A stretch of DNA of 64,000 nt, taken from positions 13,056 through 77,055 of the forward strand of contig DASZGL010000069.1 of assembly GCA_035938875.1 (NCBI GenBank), written 5' to 3'. This document shows positions 9,201-16,285 of this stretch, in pieces. Position 1 is the first letter of the stretch, and each line of letters begins with the position of its first letter. This DNA is from Candidatus Dormiibacterota bacterium (GTDB taxonomy: Bacteria; Chloroflexota; Dormibacteria; Aeolococcales; Aeolococcaceae). Made by a program: the position numbers and the translations under genes. The notes below the pieces were generated by a model that was not told the DNA's origin, did no database searches, and saw nothing but the letters and a program-made list of their open reading frames with translations.

Positions 9201-9681
9201 CGCCGATCCGGGACGCCCCCACGCGGCACTCGACCTCGAGCGCCTGGGCGCCTCCGGGGACGAAGCGACGGCTCGGGCGGTCGCTTCCGGTGACGCGGGG
9301 GAGCTCATTGACGACGACGCGCGCCGAGCCTACCGGTCGCGACTCACCGAGCTGCGCGAGGCGATCGAGGACGCCGACGCTCAGGGCAACGCGGACCAGG
9401 TCGGCGCCATGCGTGAGGAGATGGACTACATCAACCATGAGCTGAGCAGGGCACTGGGGCTCGGCGGACGCGCCCGCGTCGCGGGATCGATCGCCGAGCG
9501 CGCCCGGCTGAATGTCACCCGGGCGGTCAAGTCGGCGATGCAACGCATCTCGTCAACCGACAGCGCTCTGGCCTCGCACCTCGAAGCTACGGTCCACACT
9601 GGAACGGTCTGTGTGTATACCCCCGACCCACGGTCGCCCGTCGGCTGGCAGGTGTCACTCGGAGATGTTCACAAGGACTGA
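6241..9681 (+). CDS. STAND-type AAA ATPase (AAA_16-like) with long helical/TPR-like repeat region and C-terminal winged-helix-like segment
   Basis: FVGRDTEM...LLLIAGEAGIGKSRMADEL (Walker A) and IMLVLDDLQVAD (Walker B), then about 600 aa of helical repeats. The C-terminal block is LRLEGEYWTIGYEGKVSRLRDSKGLRVLARLLADPGRPHAALDL...CVYTPDP. There is no N-terminal effector and no LuxR-type HTH. Confidence 0.8.
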   Translation: MDPDSSRNDDPVAPAEKGDGDASRGRSAQGAFVGRDTEMSQALAVLEDVLAQRGRLLLIAGEAGIGKSRMADELATRAEKRGFEVVWGRCWEAGGAPVYWPWAQSLRSLIRNQGAEALRAHMGSGAIELAQLLPEIRGHLGEIPTSPTLDPDAARFRLFDSATYFLKNSAAVRPIMLVLDDLQVADTPSLLLLRFVAGALTDDRILLLGTYRDTELGPEQALSPTLRELAREPAVRRVSLRGLLAADVPRFIEATTGFTPQESLVRTVHEQTGGNPLFLQEVTRLLLEVGRLDREFDSEARIAIPQSAREVVAQRLKPLSGDSRDLLMLASILGREFSLDALSRLVDRPLDDIFELLGQPLASRVVTDVPGSRMRLRFSHVVIREGLYDDIPRARRMQLHRLAGDVFEGLYAEDLEPHLAELAHHFFEGAAEGHVEKAIEYARRAGENAVSLLAYEEAVRLYRMALRGLELRITAAPQERCELLLALGDAQARAGDEAGRKQTFLEAAKLSESLGLSDQLARAALGYGGRLVHVRAGGDAHVIPLLEGGLAAVGKSDSVLRARILARLAGALRDDPSPEPRESLAREAVELARRLGDPAALAYTLEGLHAALWKPDNQQERLAIASEMVALGLEAMDRERLMIGHQNQALVFLELGDIPSVYQELDAVDRVEEELRQPAHSWVPIATRAELALLEGRFDDAEPLIDEAFRLRGRTNRSDAIEGHTVQLFQLRREQGRLKEIEHLLQASAREFTWYPMLRCALAALHCELGRETQARAEFEELAAEDFAGIPFDNKWLFSVALLGEIAYFLGDDPRARTLYERLLPYADLTAVAGGDVCPGSMSRYLGLLTAVMLRTDEAAGHFEAGLRSNERMGARPSLARTQHDFAVMLVKRAGHGDKRLAVRLLGDAHRTCVELGMPALQTKIADLLADLGVVASAAQIETSDSMPRSLTDGTLRLEGEYWTIGYEGKVSRLRDSKGLRVLARLLADPGRPHAALDLERLGASGDEATARAVASGDAGELIDDDARRAYRSRLTELREAIEDADAQGNADQVGAMREEMDYINHELSRALGLGGRARVAGSIAERARLNVTRAVKSAMQRISSTDSALASHLEATVHTGTVCVYTPDPRSPVGWQVSLGDVHKD

Positions 9682-9796
9682 ACACGCGGGACGTTCGTCT
9701 GAACGCCTCCTAATGCAGAACGTCACGGAGCTGCGGAGACAAGGTTCCGGCTGGCGGGAGCAGCAAGCCACTGGAGTGGCCTACGGAGGTCCGGAG

Positions 9797-10111
9797 ATGA
9801 ACACGGTCTATCGCGGCTTGAACTGGAGCACTCGACGCATCCTCGCCGTCTTCGTCAGCCTGATGGTGCTGGCGCTCCTCGCAGGGGGAACCGGCGGATA
9901 CCTGATCAGAGGCGCGACGACACTGGTAGAGAGGCAGACGATTTCTGCAAGCCCCGCGCAGGAGAAGTCCGTCACGGGTCCCTTGACCGAGCCGCACGAC
10001 AGCGCCGCGTCGCGTGCGTCTGCGACAGGCCTCACCGAGCCTCATGACCAGATCGCACAGCCCGCGTCTGGTCAAGGACCTTTCACCGAACCACACGATG
10101 GCGGCCGTTAG
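9797..10111 (+). CDS. small membrane-anchored protein with three [LF]TEPHD repeats
   Basis: ATG 9797 with GGAGG 7 nt upstream, inside raw ORF 9512..10111. TM helix RRILAVFVSLMVLALLAGGTGGYLI. TEPHD is encoded three times (9986-10000, 10034-10048, 10085-10099) with only synonymous differences. Confidence 0.55.
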   Translation: MNTVYRGLNWSTRRILAVFVSLMVLALLAGGTGGYLIRGATTLVERQTISASPAQEKSVTGPLTEPHDSAASRASATGLTEPHDQIAQPASGQGPFTEPHDGGR

Positions 10112-10235
10112 ATCGATGCGCAGTCGCCAGGGAATCGAATGATTGGTCTCCGTGGCCAGAGGGCCCGATCGCGCCTGTAGGCGCTGGATCGGGCCCTTTT
10201 GGCGCGCCTGGCGTCAACGGCCTTCAAGCGAGTCG

Positions 10236-11009
10236 TCATCTTGCGTCCCACTGGAACCACCGGATACCGACACCGGTGAACACGGCGATGTATCCGCCGC
10301 ACGCCAGCAACGACATAGTGTCGTAACTGCTCCACGCAGCCGTGTTCAGGACGGTGGAGAACAGCGTTGTGACCGGTCCGACGGGGGTCCACTTCGCGAT
10401 CGATTCCCAGGTGCTGCCCAGGGCCCCGCTCGCACCGAGCAGACCACTGAGAAGGAGGGCGATCAAGACGATCCTGCTGGCGGCGTCGACGGTGCTGGCG
10501 GATTTCAGCAGCCCGACGAGAGCCTGCGCGATGCTCAGGAAGACCGCGCCGCCGAGAATGGAGACCAGGAGAACCAGCGCGTATTGGCCGGCGTTCAGGG
10601 ACAGATGGTGAATGGCGCTGCCAACCACCAGGACGGCGAGTGCGATGATCAGATTGGCGACGACTTGGATCGCCAGGCGACTGACCATGATCGTCCACGT
10701 GGGAGCAGGCGTTACCCGCAGTCGCTGGAAGACACCCTTCTCCCGATCTCGAGCGACGGTGAGTGCGTAGCCCCCGATCGAGGTAGACAGGAGCCCGATG
10801 GTGATGCAAAGGCCGACGATGAATACCGAGCCACCGAGGCGTCCGTTGGCCTTCTGTGAGTTGGTGGTCACGAGGAACAGCAGCGGCAACATGGCGCCCA
10901 GCAGCAGCGCTCGGCGGTTCTTGACGAGAACCAAGAAGTCGGCCCGCAGCAACGACGACAGGATCACTTGGAGGTCCGGTTTCGCTGCAATGGCGTGAGT
11001 GTCAGTCAC
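10236..11009 (-). CDS. ABC-2 type transporter permease
   Basis: 257 aa with 6 predicted TM segments and ABC-2 exporter topology. Overlaps the upstream ATPase gene by 8 nt. Confidence 0.8.
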   Translation of the reverse strand: MTDTHAIAAKPDLQVILSSLLRADFLVLVKNRRALLLGAMLPLLFLVTTNSQKANGRLGGSVFIVGLCITIGLLSTSIGGYALTVARDREKGVFQRLRVTPAPTWTIMVSRLAIQVVANLIIALAVLVVGSAIHHLSLNAGQYALVLLVSILGGAVFLSIAQALVGLLKSASTVDAASRIVLIALLLSGLLGASGALGSTWESIAKWTPVGPVTTLFSTVLNTAAWSSYDTMSLLACGGYIAVFTGVGIRWFQWDAR

Positions 11010-11790
11010 GAATCTCGCTTCCTGTCATTCCGATGAAGACGTCTTCGAGCGTGACGTCTCCGTGAGCGACCTCACGGACCCTCGGATCGTCCCTATGCTT
11101 CGCGATCAGGTTCTGCGGTGTCTCGGTGGTCAGCAGTTTGCCGTGGTCGATGATGGCCACGCGGTCACAAACTGCCTGCGCTTCCTCCATTGAGTGGGTG
11201 GTGAGCAGGATGCTTCCCCCCTCCTGCCGCAGGTGTTCGATGCGCGCCCATAGTTGGCGACGCGACTGAGGATCCAGCCCGGCGGTAGGCTCATCGAGCA
11301 ACAGCAACTCGGGCTCATGTATCACTGCGATGAGCAGGGCGAAGCGCTGCTGCTGTCCACCCGACAGCTGCTTGAAGGGCTTGCCCGCCTCGCTGTCGAG
11401 CCCGATCGGCCCTAATCTGTCAGATATCTCGCGGGCGGACAGTGAGACGCCGTACAGCCCGGCATACAACCTGACGATCTGCCTGACCGTCAGCTCCGAC
11501 TGGAAGCTCGTCGCCTGCAGTTGTACGCCCATCCGGGCCTTGGCGTGCGCGGGATCACGCTGGATATCGATGCCGTCCAAGAGCACCCTCCCTGATCGCG
11601 GCTTGAGCAGCCCCTCGATGGCGCTGAGGGCGCTGGTCTTGCCCGCGCCGTTGGGGCCGAGCAGCCCGAAGATCTCGCCGCGGTAGATCTGCAGGCTGAT
11701 GCTGTCAACGGCCTTCTTGGCACCATAGGCAACCGATAGGTTGCTGACATCCAAGATGACGCTGGGCTCGGACTCCTCCAGTTCACTCAC
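11002..11790 (-). CDS. ABC transporter ATP-binding protein (DrrA-like)
   Basis: Walker A GPNGAGKTS, Q-loop, signature LSGGQQQRF, Walker B LLLLDEPTAGLD and H-loop TTHSMEE. Confidence 0.9.
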   Translation of the reverse strand: MSELEESEPSVILDVSNLSVAYGAKKAVDSISLQIYRGEIFGLLGPNGAGKTSALSAIEGLLKPRSGRVLLDGIDIQRDPAHAKARMGVQLQATSFQSELTVRQIVRLYAGLYGVSLSAREISDRLGPIGLDSEAGKPFKQLSGGQQQRFALLIAVIHEPELLLLDEPTAGLDPQSRRQLWARIEHLRQEGGSILLTTHSMEEAQAVCDRVAIIDHGKLLTTETPQNLIAKHRDDPRVREVAHGDVTLEDVFIGMTGSEIRD

Positions 11791-11946
11791 TTGGAAGTCG
11801 CCAGCGCCTACGCGCTGGCGTCTGCAAGGAAGTACGTCACCGCGACGATCAGGATCCTCACGCCATCGATGGTAGCGCTGGCGGCTTGCGTCTGCCAGCG
11901 GTGACGGGGGATCCCTGTCCGGGGCATGCGCTTTGAGTCGAACGAC

Positions 11947-13416
11947 TTACTGGAGCGCGACACCAATGACGTTGGCCATGCTCTGCATGAAATGCACCGC
12001 CGACTGGTCGAAGGTTTGGGCCGTCGACTTCTCGGCGATCAAGACGCCACGCACTCCGGATGTCCCGAACACGGGAGCTGCGACGGCTGCTGCGGGCGCC
12101 CAGGACGCCTCGTCTGAGCAGCGGTCAAAGCGCCGATCGGTGCTGGCATCTCTGACGAGCACGACCTTGCGCGCCAGGGCCGTATACCCAGCGAGCGAGC
12201 GGCTCCCCGCAGGGACGGAGAATCGCTGTTCGCTCTGGGGTGATGCGGCTCGTGTCACCAGCTCGGCACCACCTGGTGCGAACTCCATCAGCGTGGCGTG
12301 GTCCATCCCGAGCACGCGGCGGATGGCGTCGAGAGCCTCAGTGACGATGGAGTCAGGTGAGAGACCACCGCCCGCGGTTCGGCGCAACACATGCATCCCG
12401 AGGAGGGCGACCGTCTCCAACTGCAGCTCACGACTCTGTAAGTCGTCGTAGAGACCCGTGGTTTCCGTCAGATCCGTGAATAGGGCCATGACACCGATGA
12501 GCTCGTCCTGCTTACTGAATACAGGCGCCGCGGTCATCTGGGCGACGAACTCTGTCCCGTCGCGCCGAACCAACCTCATTCTTCCCGCGTAGGGCTTGCC
12601 GCTGACCAGCGTCGAATGGATCTGCAGCGCCTCCTCCGAGGCTTGCGGTGCGGGGAACAATGCGAGGCCGTTCTTGCCGATCACATCAGACGCCCTCCAC
12701 CCGAAAAGACGCTCGGCGGCGGCGTTGACGTACACGACCGAACCATCGGGGCGGGCAGCAGCAACGGCCTGTCCTACTGCGTCGAGAAGCGCCGCTCGAA
12801 ATCGCGCGTCCGTCTCGGCCGCGTCGCGAGCGGTGACATCGCGCACGACCGCCACGGCGCCCTCGTAGCGGCCAGCCTCGTCGTGCATCGGACTGGTGGT
12901 GATTTCCGACAGGAACCTCGATCCGTCGGGGCGTCGCAGCTCGATCTCGTAGCGCTGGTGGACGCCGGCTCGACCGAGCTCTCCCCGTTCCCGGACGAGA
13001 GGTAGCGATTCGGGCTCGATGAAATCCGTCACCGAGCGCGCGAGGAGCTCGTCGATGGAGCAGCGCATGAGCTCCGCCATCTTCCGGTTGACGAAGCGAG
13101 TGCGACCCTCGCGGGAGACCCAGATGCCGTCGTCCGCGGCTTGGAGGATCTGGTGCAACACCATGGCCTCGGCCTCGCCGACGGGTGAGGCATCACTACC
13201 GGCTGTCGACACGCGTGCGACCGCCGCCGGCAGGGTGAGGCCCTCCGCGACGAGGCGGCGAACTGCGGAGACCCGCCTCAAGTCTTCCTCGGAGTAGAGC
13301 CGCTGGCGCCCGGACGAGCGGTCGGGCACCAGAAGGTTGAACCGCCGCTCCCACGCCCGCAACGTGCTGACGCCGACTCCGGCCCGCCGGCCGAGTTCGC
13401 CGATGCGCATGCTCAC
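11947..13416 (-). CDS. MerR-family HTH regulator fused to two PAS domains and a GAF domain
   Basis: N-terminus MRIGELGRRAGVGVSTLRAWERRFNLL...RLYSEEDLRRVSAVRRL is a MerR HTH. Two PAS-like blocks follow (FVNRKMAELMRCS..., VYVNAAAERLFGWRASDVIGKN...). The C-terminus is GAF-like (GYTALARKVVLVRDASTDRRF...GVLIAEK). GTG start at 13414-13416. Confidence 0.8.
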   Translation of the reverse strand: MSMRIGELGRRAGVGVSTLRAWERRFNLLVPDRSSGRQRLYSEEDLRRVSAVRRLVAEGLTLPAAVARVSTAGSDASPVGEAEAMVLHQILQAADDGIWVSREGRTRFVNRKMAELMRCSIDELLARSVTDFIEPESLPLVRERGELGRAGVHQRYEIELRRPDGSRFLSEITTSPMHDEAGRYEGAVAVVRDVTARDAAETDARFRAALLDAVGQAVAAARPDGSVVYVNAAAERLFGWRASDVIGKNGLALFPAPQASEEALQIHSTLVSGKPYAGRMRLVRRDGTEFVAQMTAAPVFSKQDELIGVMALFTDLTETTGLYDDLQSRELQLETVALLGMHVLRRTAGGGLSPDSIVTEALDAIRRVLGMDHATLMEFAPGGAELVTRAASPQSEQRFSVPAGSRSLAGYTALARKVVLVRDASTDRRFDRCSDEASWAPAAAVAAPVFGTSGVRGVLIAEKSTAQTFDQSAVHFMQSMANVIGVALQ

Positions 13417-13443
13417 AGCAGGCAGGCTACCATACCTCTACAA

Positions 13444-13453
13444 CTTGTACAAG
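13444..13453. promoter_or_regulatory. perfect 10-bp palindrome CTTGTACAAG in the divergent merR-like / response-regulator intergenic region
   Basis: Seen directly in the sequence. It lies in the comparatively AT-rich 102-nt divergent region, with TATAAA at 13465-13470, 48 nt before the regulator GTG. Operator function is inferred only. Confidence 0.3.
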
Positions 13454-13518
13454 ATTACCCGTCGTATAAAGCCGTAATTCCTCGACTAGACAGGCAGGTC
13501 TGAGATGATGAGGCGGCT

Positions 13519-14187
13519 GTGGACGCCCCTGACGAACGTATCGCCGTTGCGCTCCTCGATCAGCAGGCGCTGGTACGCGAGGGGCTATGTGAGCTTCTGG
13601 AGCGAGAGTCCGACATGAAGGTCACCGGGGTGGCTTCGCGACTTGACGAGGCGCTGCTTCTCGAACCCGAACCCGACGTCTTCGTTGCCGAGATCAACTT
13701 GCGCGACGCGCGCGGCCCCTATGTCGTCGCCCGGCTACGAAGTCGCTTCCCCGGGTCGGGGATCTTGGTGCTCACCACCATGACCTACGCCGATGAGGTC
13801 GAGGCCGCGTTCGCCGCCGGCGCCAACGGTTACGGCCTCAAGGAGACCGCGGCAAGCGAGATCGTCAACGCCATACGCCAGGTCCACCGCGGCGAGGGAT
13901 ATCTCGACTCCACGTTGGGAGCGGCGCTTACCCGGCGCGCCAACCGGCAGGACCCGGCGGCGGGCAACACACTCACACCACGAGAGGTCGAGGTGCTGCG
14001 ACTGCTCGCCCTGGGTCACACCAACCTCGAGGTCGCCGAAAGGCTCAACGTGTCGCCCCGCACCGCAGAGGCTCACCGTGCCAACCTCATGGGGAAGCTG
14101 CGCGTCTGCAGCCGCGCCGAGCTGGTGAGATTCGCTCTGGAGCACGGTTACCTCGGTCGCGCCGGCAGCAGCGACACCAAAGCCTGA
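13519..14187 (+). CDS. NarL/LuxR-family response regulator with atypical receiver domain
   Basis: C-terminal LuxR HTH (LTPREVEVLRLLALGHTNLEVAERLNVSPRTAEAHRANLMGKL). REC-like N-terminus in which the expected phospho-acceptor Asp is Glu (DVFVAEINL, codon 13690-13692) and the DD pair reads DQ. The T (LVLTT) and K (GYGLKE) positions are retained. Confidence 0.85.
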   Translation: MDAPDERIAVALLDQQALVREGLCELLERESDMKVTGVASRLDEALLLEPEPDVFVAEINLRDARGPYVVARLRSRFPGSGILVLTTMTYADEVEAAFAAGANGYGLKETAASEIVNAIRQVHRGEGYLDSTLGAALTRRANRQDPAAGNTLTPREVEVLRLLALGHTNLEVAERLNVSPRTAEAHRANLMGKLRVCSRAELVRFALEHGYLGRAGSSDTKA

Positions 14188-14243
14188 CGTCGCAGGTCCG
14201 ATACAGCCGGGCCCTGCAGCCTCGACAGCATCGTTGCCTTCGG

Positions 14244-15332
14244 TCAGTGCCCCTGTGGAGGCGGTGTTGGTCCGCCGACGGTGAAGTGCGCCGGGGTCGG
14301 TGGCGGTGTCGGTGTTGGCGAGGGCTTCGGTGTCGGGGACGGCGTCGGTGATGGCGTCGCCGTCGACGTCGAACCAGTGGCGGGAACAGACGGCACGACA
14401 TCGGGCTGCCCGGGCTTGCCCCCCACCGCGGGCGCTGCGGTGTTGACCAGATCGATGTAACCGAACGTCGGCACCAGCAGGTTGAGCTTTGGCTTCAGCG
14501 CTGCCAGCGCGTCGAGCTGACCGGGGATCGCGGCGACATCGGCGTCGTTGGCGACGTTGCCGAGGATGGCCCTCCAGCCGGTGGCGGCGACGATGGCAAG
14601 ACGGCCGTCAGGCTGCCAGTCGAAGCGTGCCACTCTGACGCCGAAGGTCGAAGGAAACGCTTGCTCGACGGCGACCAGGGTGCGCATCAGCGTCGGGTCG
14701 AGAGCCGGCTGTGTCCCGTCGGTAAACGGGCGCTCGTCGGTCAGCAGCGCCAGCGCCGGCAGCGTGAGGCCGGCAGCCGCAGCGGTGTCCAGGCTCTCGC
14801 CGCCGGGAGCTACGAGGCGATCACCGCGCGCGTCGTGGACGCGGAGTACCGGCGTCCATTCGGTGATGCTGATGCGCACCGTCCCGGGGAGCTCGGTCTC
14901 CACCGCAGCGCTGCGCACCCAGGGCAGGTGCTCGAGGCGGCTGCGCACCGCCTGGCCGTCGACTGTGAAGATGCTCTGCGACGAGCCGATGTCCGCGGCG
15001 GAGATGATGGCGTCGCGCGACATCAGCCGTGCGCCACTGATGGCGATCGTCGACACGTGGAACGTCGGTGCCAGCAGCAATGCGCCGAGCGCAACAAGCT
15101 GAACGAGGAGGACGACCAGCGCTGTCCTCCGCCGCGACCGCGTCGCCTTGAAGAGCTCGCCCACCTGGACGCGCGGCAGCGGTTGGCTGATGCGCCTGCG
15201 CCTGGTCGGCCGCAGCACCGTGCGCTCGGGCACGTGGAAGCGTCGCGGCACGCGGGGCGCGTCGGTGATCGATGCGGCGATGGCGCGGGCACGAGCGGTG
15301 CGCTGGGCGTGTTCGGCGCCCGCGACACTCAT
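14244..15332 (-). CDS. ftsQ: cell division protein FtsQ (POTRA domain) with Pro/Thr/Ser-rich C-terminal tail
   Basis: ATG at 15330-15332 overlaps the ddl stop (ATGA). TM helix ALVVLLVQLVALGALLLAP, then POTRA-like FHVSTIAISGARLMSRDAIISAADI. Occupies the last position of the dcw cluster. The tail is TPSPTPSPTPKPSPTPTPPPTP. Confidence 0.8.
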   Translation of the reverse strand: MSVAGAEHAQRTARARAIAASITDAPRVPRRFHVPERTVLRPTRRRRISQPLPRVQVGELFKATRSRRRTALVVLLVQLVALGALLLAPTFHVSTIAISGARLMSRDAIISAADIGSSQSIFTVDGQAVRSRLEHLPWVRSAAVETELPGTVRISITEWTPVLRVHDARGDRLVAPGGESLDTAAAAGLTLPALALLTDERPFTDGTQPALDPTLMRTLVAVEQAFPSTFGVRVARFDWQPDGRLAIVAATGWRAILGNVANDADVAAIPGQLDALAALKPKLNLLVPTFGYIDLVNTAAPAVGGKPGQPDVVPSVPATGSTSTATPSPTPSPTPKPSPTPTPPPTPAHFTVGGPTPPPQGH

Positions 15333-16285
15333 CGCGGCGCTTTCTCGCGATGACGCGCCAGGGCGTCGTCGATCAGACCCTCGCACATGTCGCCGAAGTC
15401 GATACCCGCCGCGCGGGCGGCGTCAGGCAGCAACGAGATCGGCGTCAGCCCGGGGATGGTGTTCACCTCGAGCACCCATGGCACGCCAGCGGCGTCGACG
15501 ATGATGTCGACGCGGGAGAAGCCGCGGCAGCCCAGCAGCTGGTGGGCGCGCACGGCGCTGTGCTCCGCCGCCAGGCGCTGGTCGTCGGGCAGCCTGGCAG
15601 GAATGATGTGTTCGCTCTGACCCGCGGTGTACTTCGCTGCATAGTCGTAGAGAGGACGGTGAGAGATGATCTCGAGGGTCGGTAGTGCCTTCGGTGGATT
15701 ATGCCCGAGAATCCCGATGGTGACCTCCATCCCCGTCACGAATGCCTCGCAGAGCACGTCGTCGTGCCAGGCCGCGTCCGCGTACGCCGACTTCAGGCCA
15801 TCCTCGTCCGCAACGATGGTGAGGCCGATGGTCGAGCCACTGCGGTTGGGTTTGACCACCAGGGGAAGACCGAGCGTGGCCGCCGCGCCGCGCATCTGCT
15901 CCGTCGCGGAGTCTGGGGGCGCGGTCCGCGCCACCACGATCCAGGCCGGCGTCGCCAGCCCACCGGCGGCCAGCACCCGCTTGGCCATGGCCTTGTTGAA
16001 GCACAGCGCCGAGGCGAGCACGTCGCTGCCGGTGTAGGGGACGCCGAGCAGCTCGCAGACTCCCTGAACGGTGCCGTCCTCGCCGTAGCGCCCGTGTAGC
16101 GCCAAGAACGCGACGTCGTAAGCGCCACCGCGCAGCGCATCCCAGAGCTCTTCGTCGCCGTCAAGCTCAACGCATCGATGCCCACGCGCCTGGAGCGCGC
16201 CGATGACGTGGGCGGCGCTGTTGCGACTCACCTCGGCCTCGCTGCTCCGCCCCCCGGAAACGACGGCGATGCGCAACGGGGTCAT
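15329..16285 (-). CDS. ddl: D-alanine--D-alanine ligase
   Basis: Raw ORF 15329..16693 trimmed to the ATG at 16283-16285 (MTPLRIAVVSGGRSSEAEVS...), which overlaps the murB stop (ATGA). ATP-grasp motifs HGRYGEDGTVQG, PLVVKPNRSGSTIG and EVNTIPGLT. Confidence 0.9.
   Translation of the reverse strand: MTPLRIAVVSGGRSSEAEVSRNSAAHVIGALQARGHRCVELDGDEELWDALRGGAYDVAFLALHGRYGEDGTVQGVCELLGVPYTGSDVLASALCFNKAMAKRVLAAGGLATPAWIVVARTAPPDSATEQMRGAAATLGLPLVVKPNRSGSTIGLTIVADEDGLKSAYADAAWHDDVLCEAFVTGMEVTIGILGHNPPKALPTLEIISHRPLYDYAAKYTAGQSEHIIPARLPDDQRLAAEHSAVRAHQLLGCRGFSRVDIIVDAAGVPWVLEVNTIPGLTPISLLPDAARAAGIDFGDMCEGLIDDALARHREKAPR

Noticed and set aside
6241-9681. STAND ATPase considered as an Avs-like antiphage sensor or a LAL/MalT-type LuxR regulator.
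   Set aside because: There is no N-terminal effector domain, no C-terminal LuxR HTH and no neighbouring nuclease or toxin genes. It is retained only as an uncharacterised regulator-like STAND protein.
13444-13470. Attempt to read the palindrome CTTGTACAAG as a MerR-type operator centred in a 19-bp-spacer promoter.
   Set aside because: I tested TTGTAC as the -35 element. With TATAAA as the -10 on the plus strand the spacer is 14 nt. With TATGGT as the -10 on the minus strand the spacer is 12 nt. Neither fits a sigma-70-type or MerR-type promoter geometry. The palindrome is kept only as a low-confidence candidate site.
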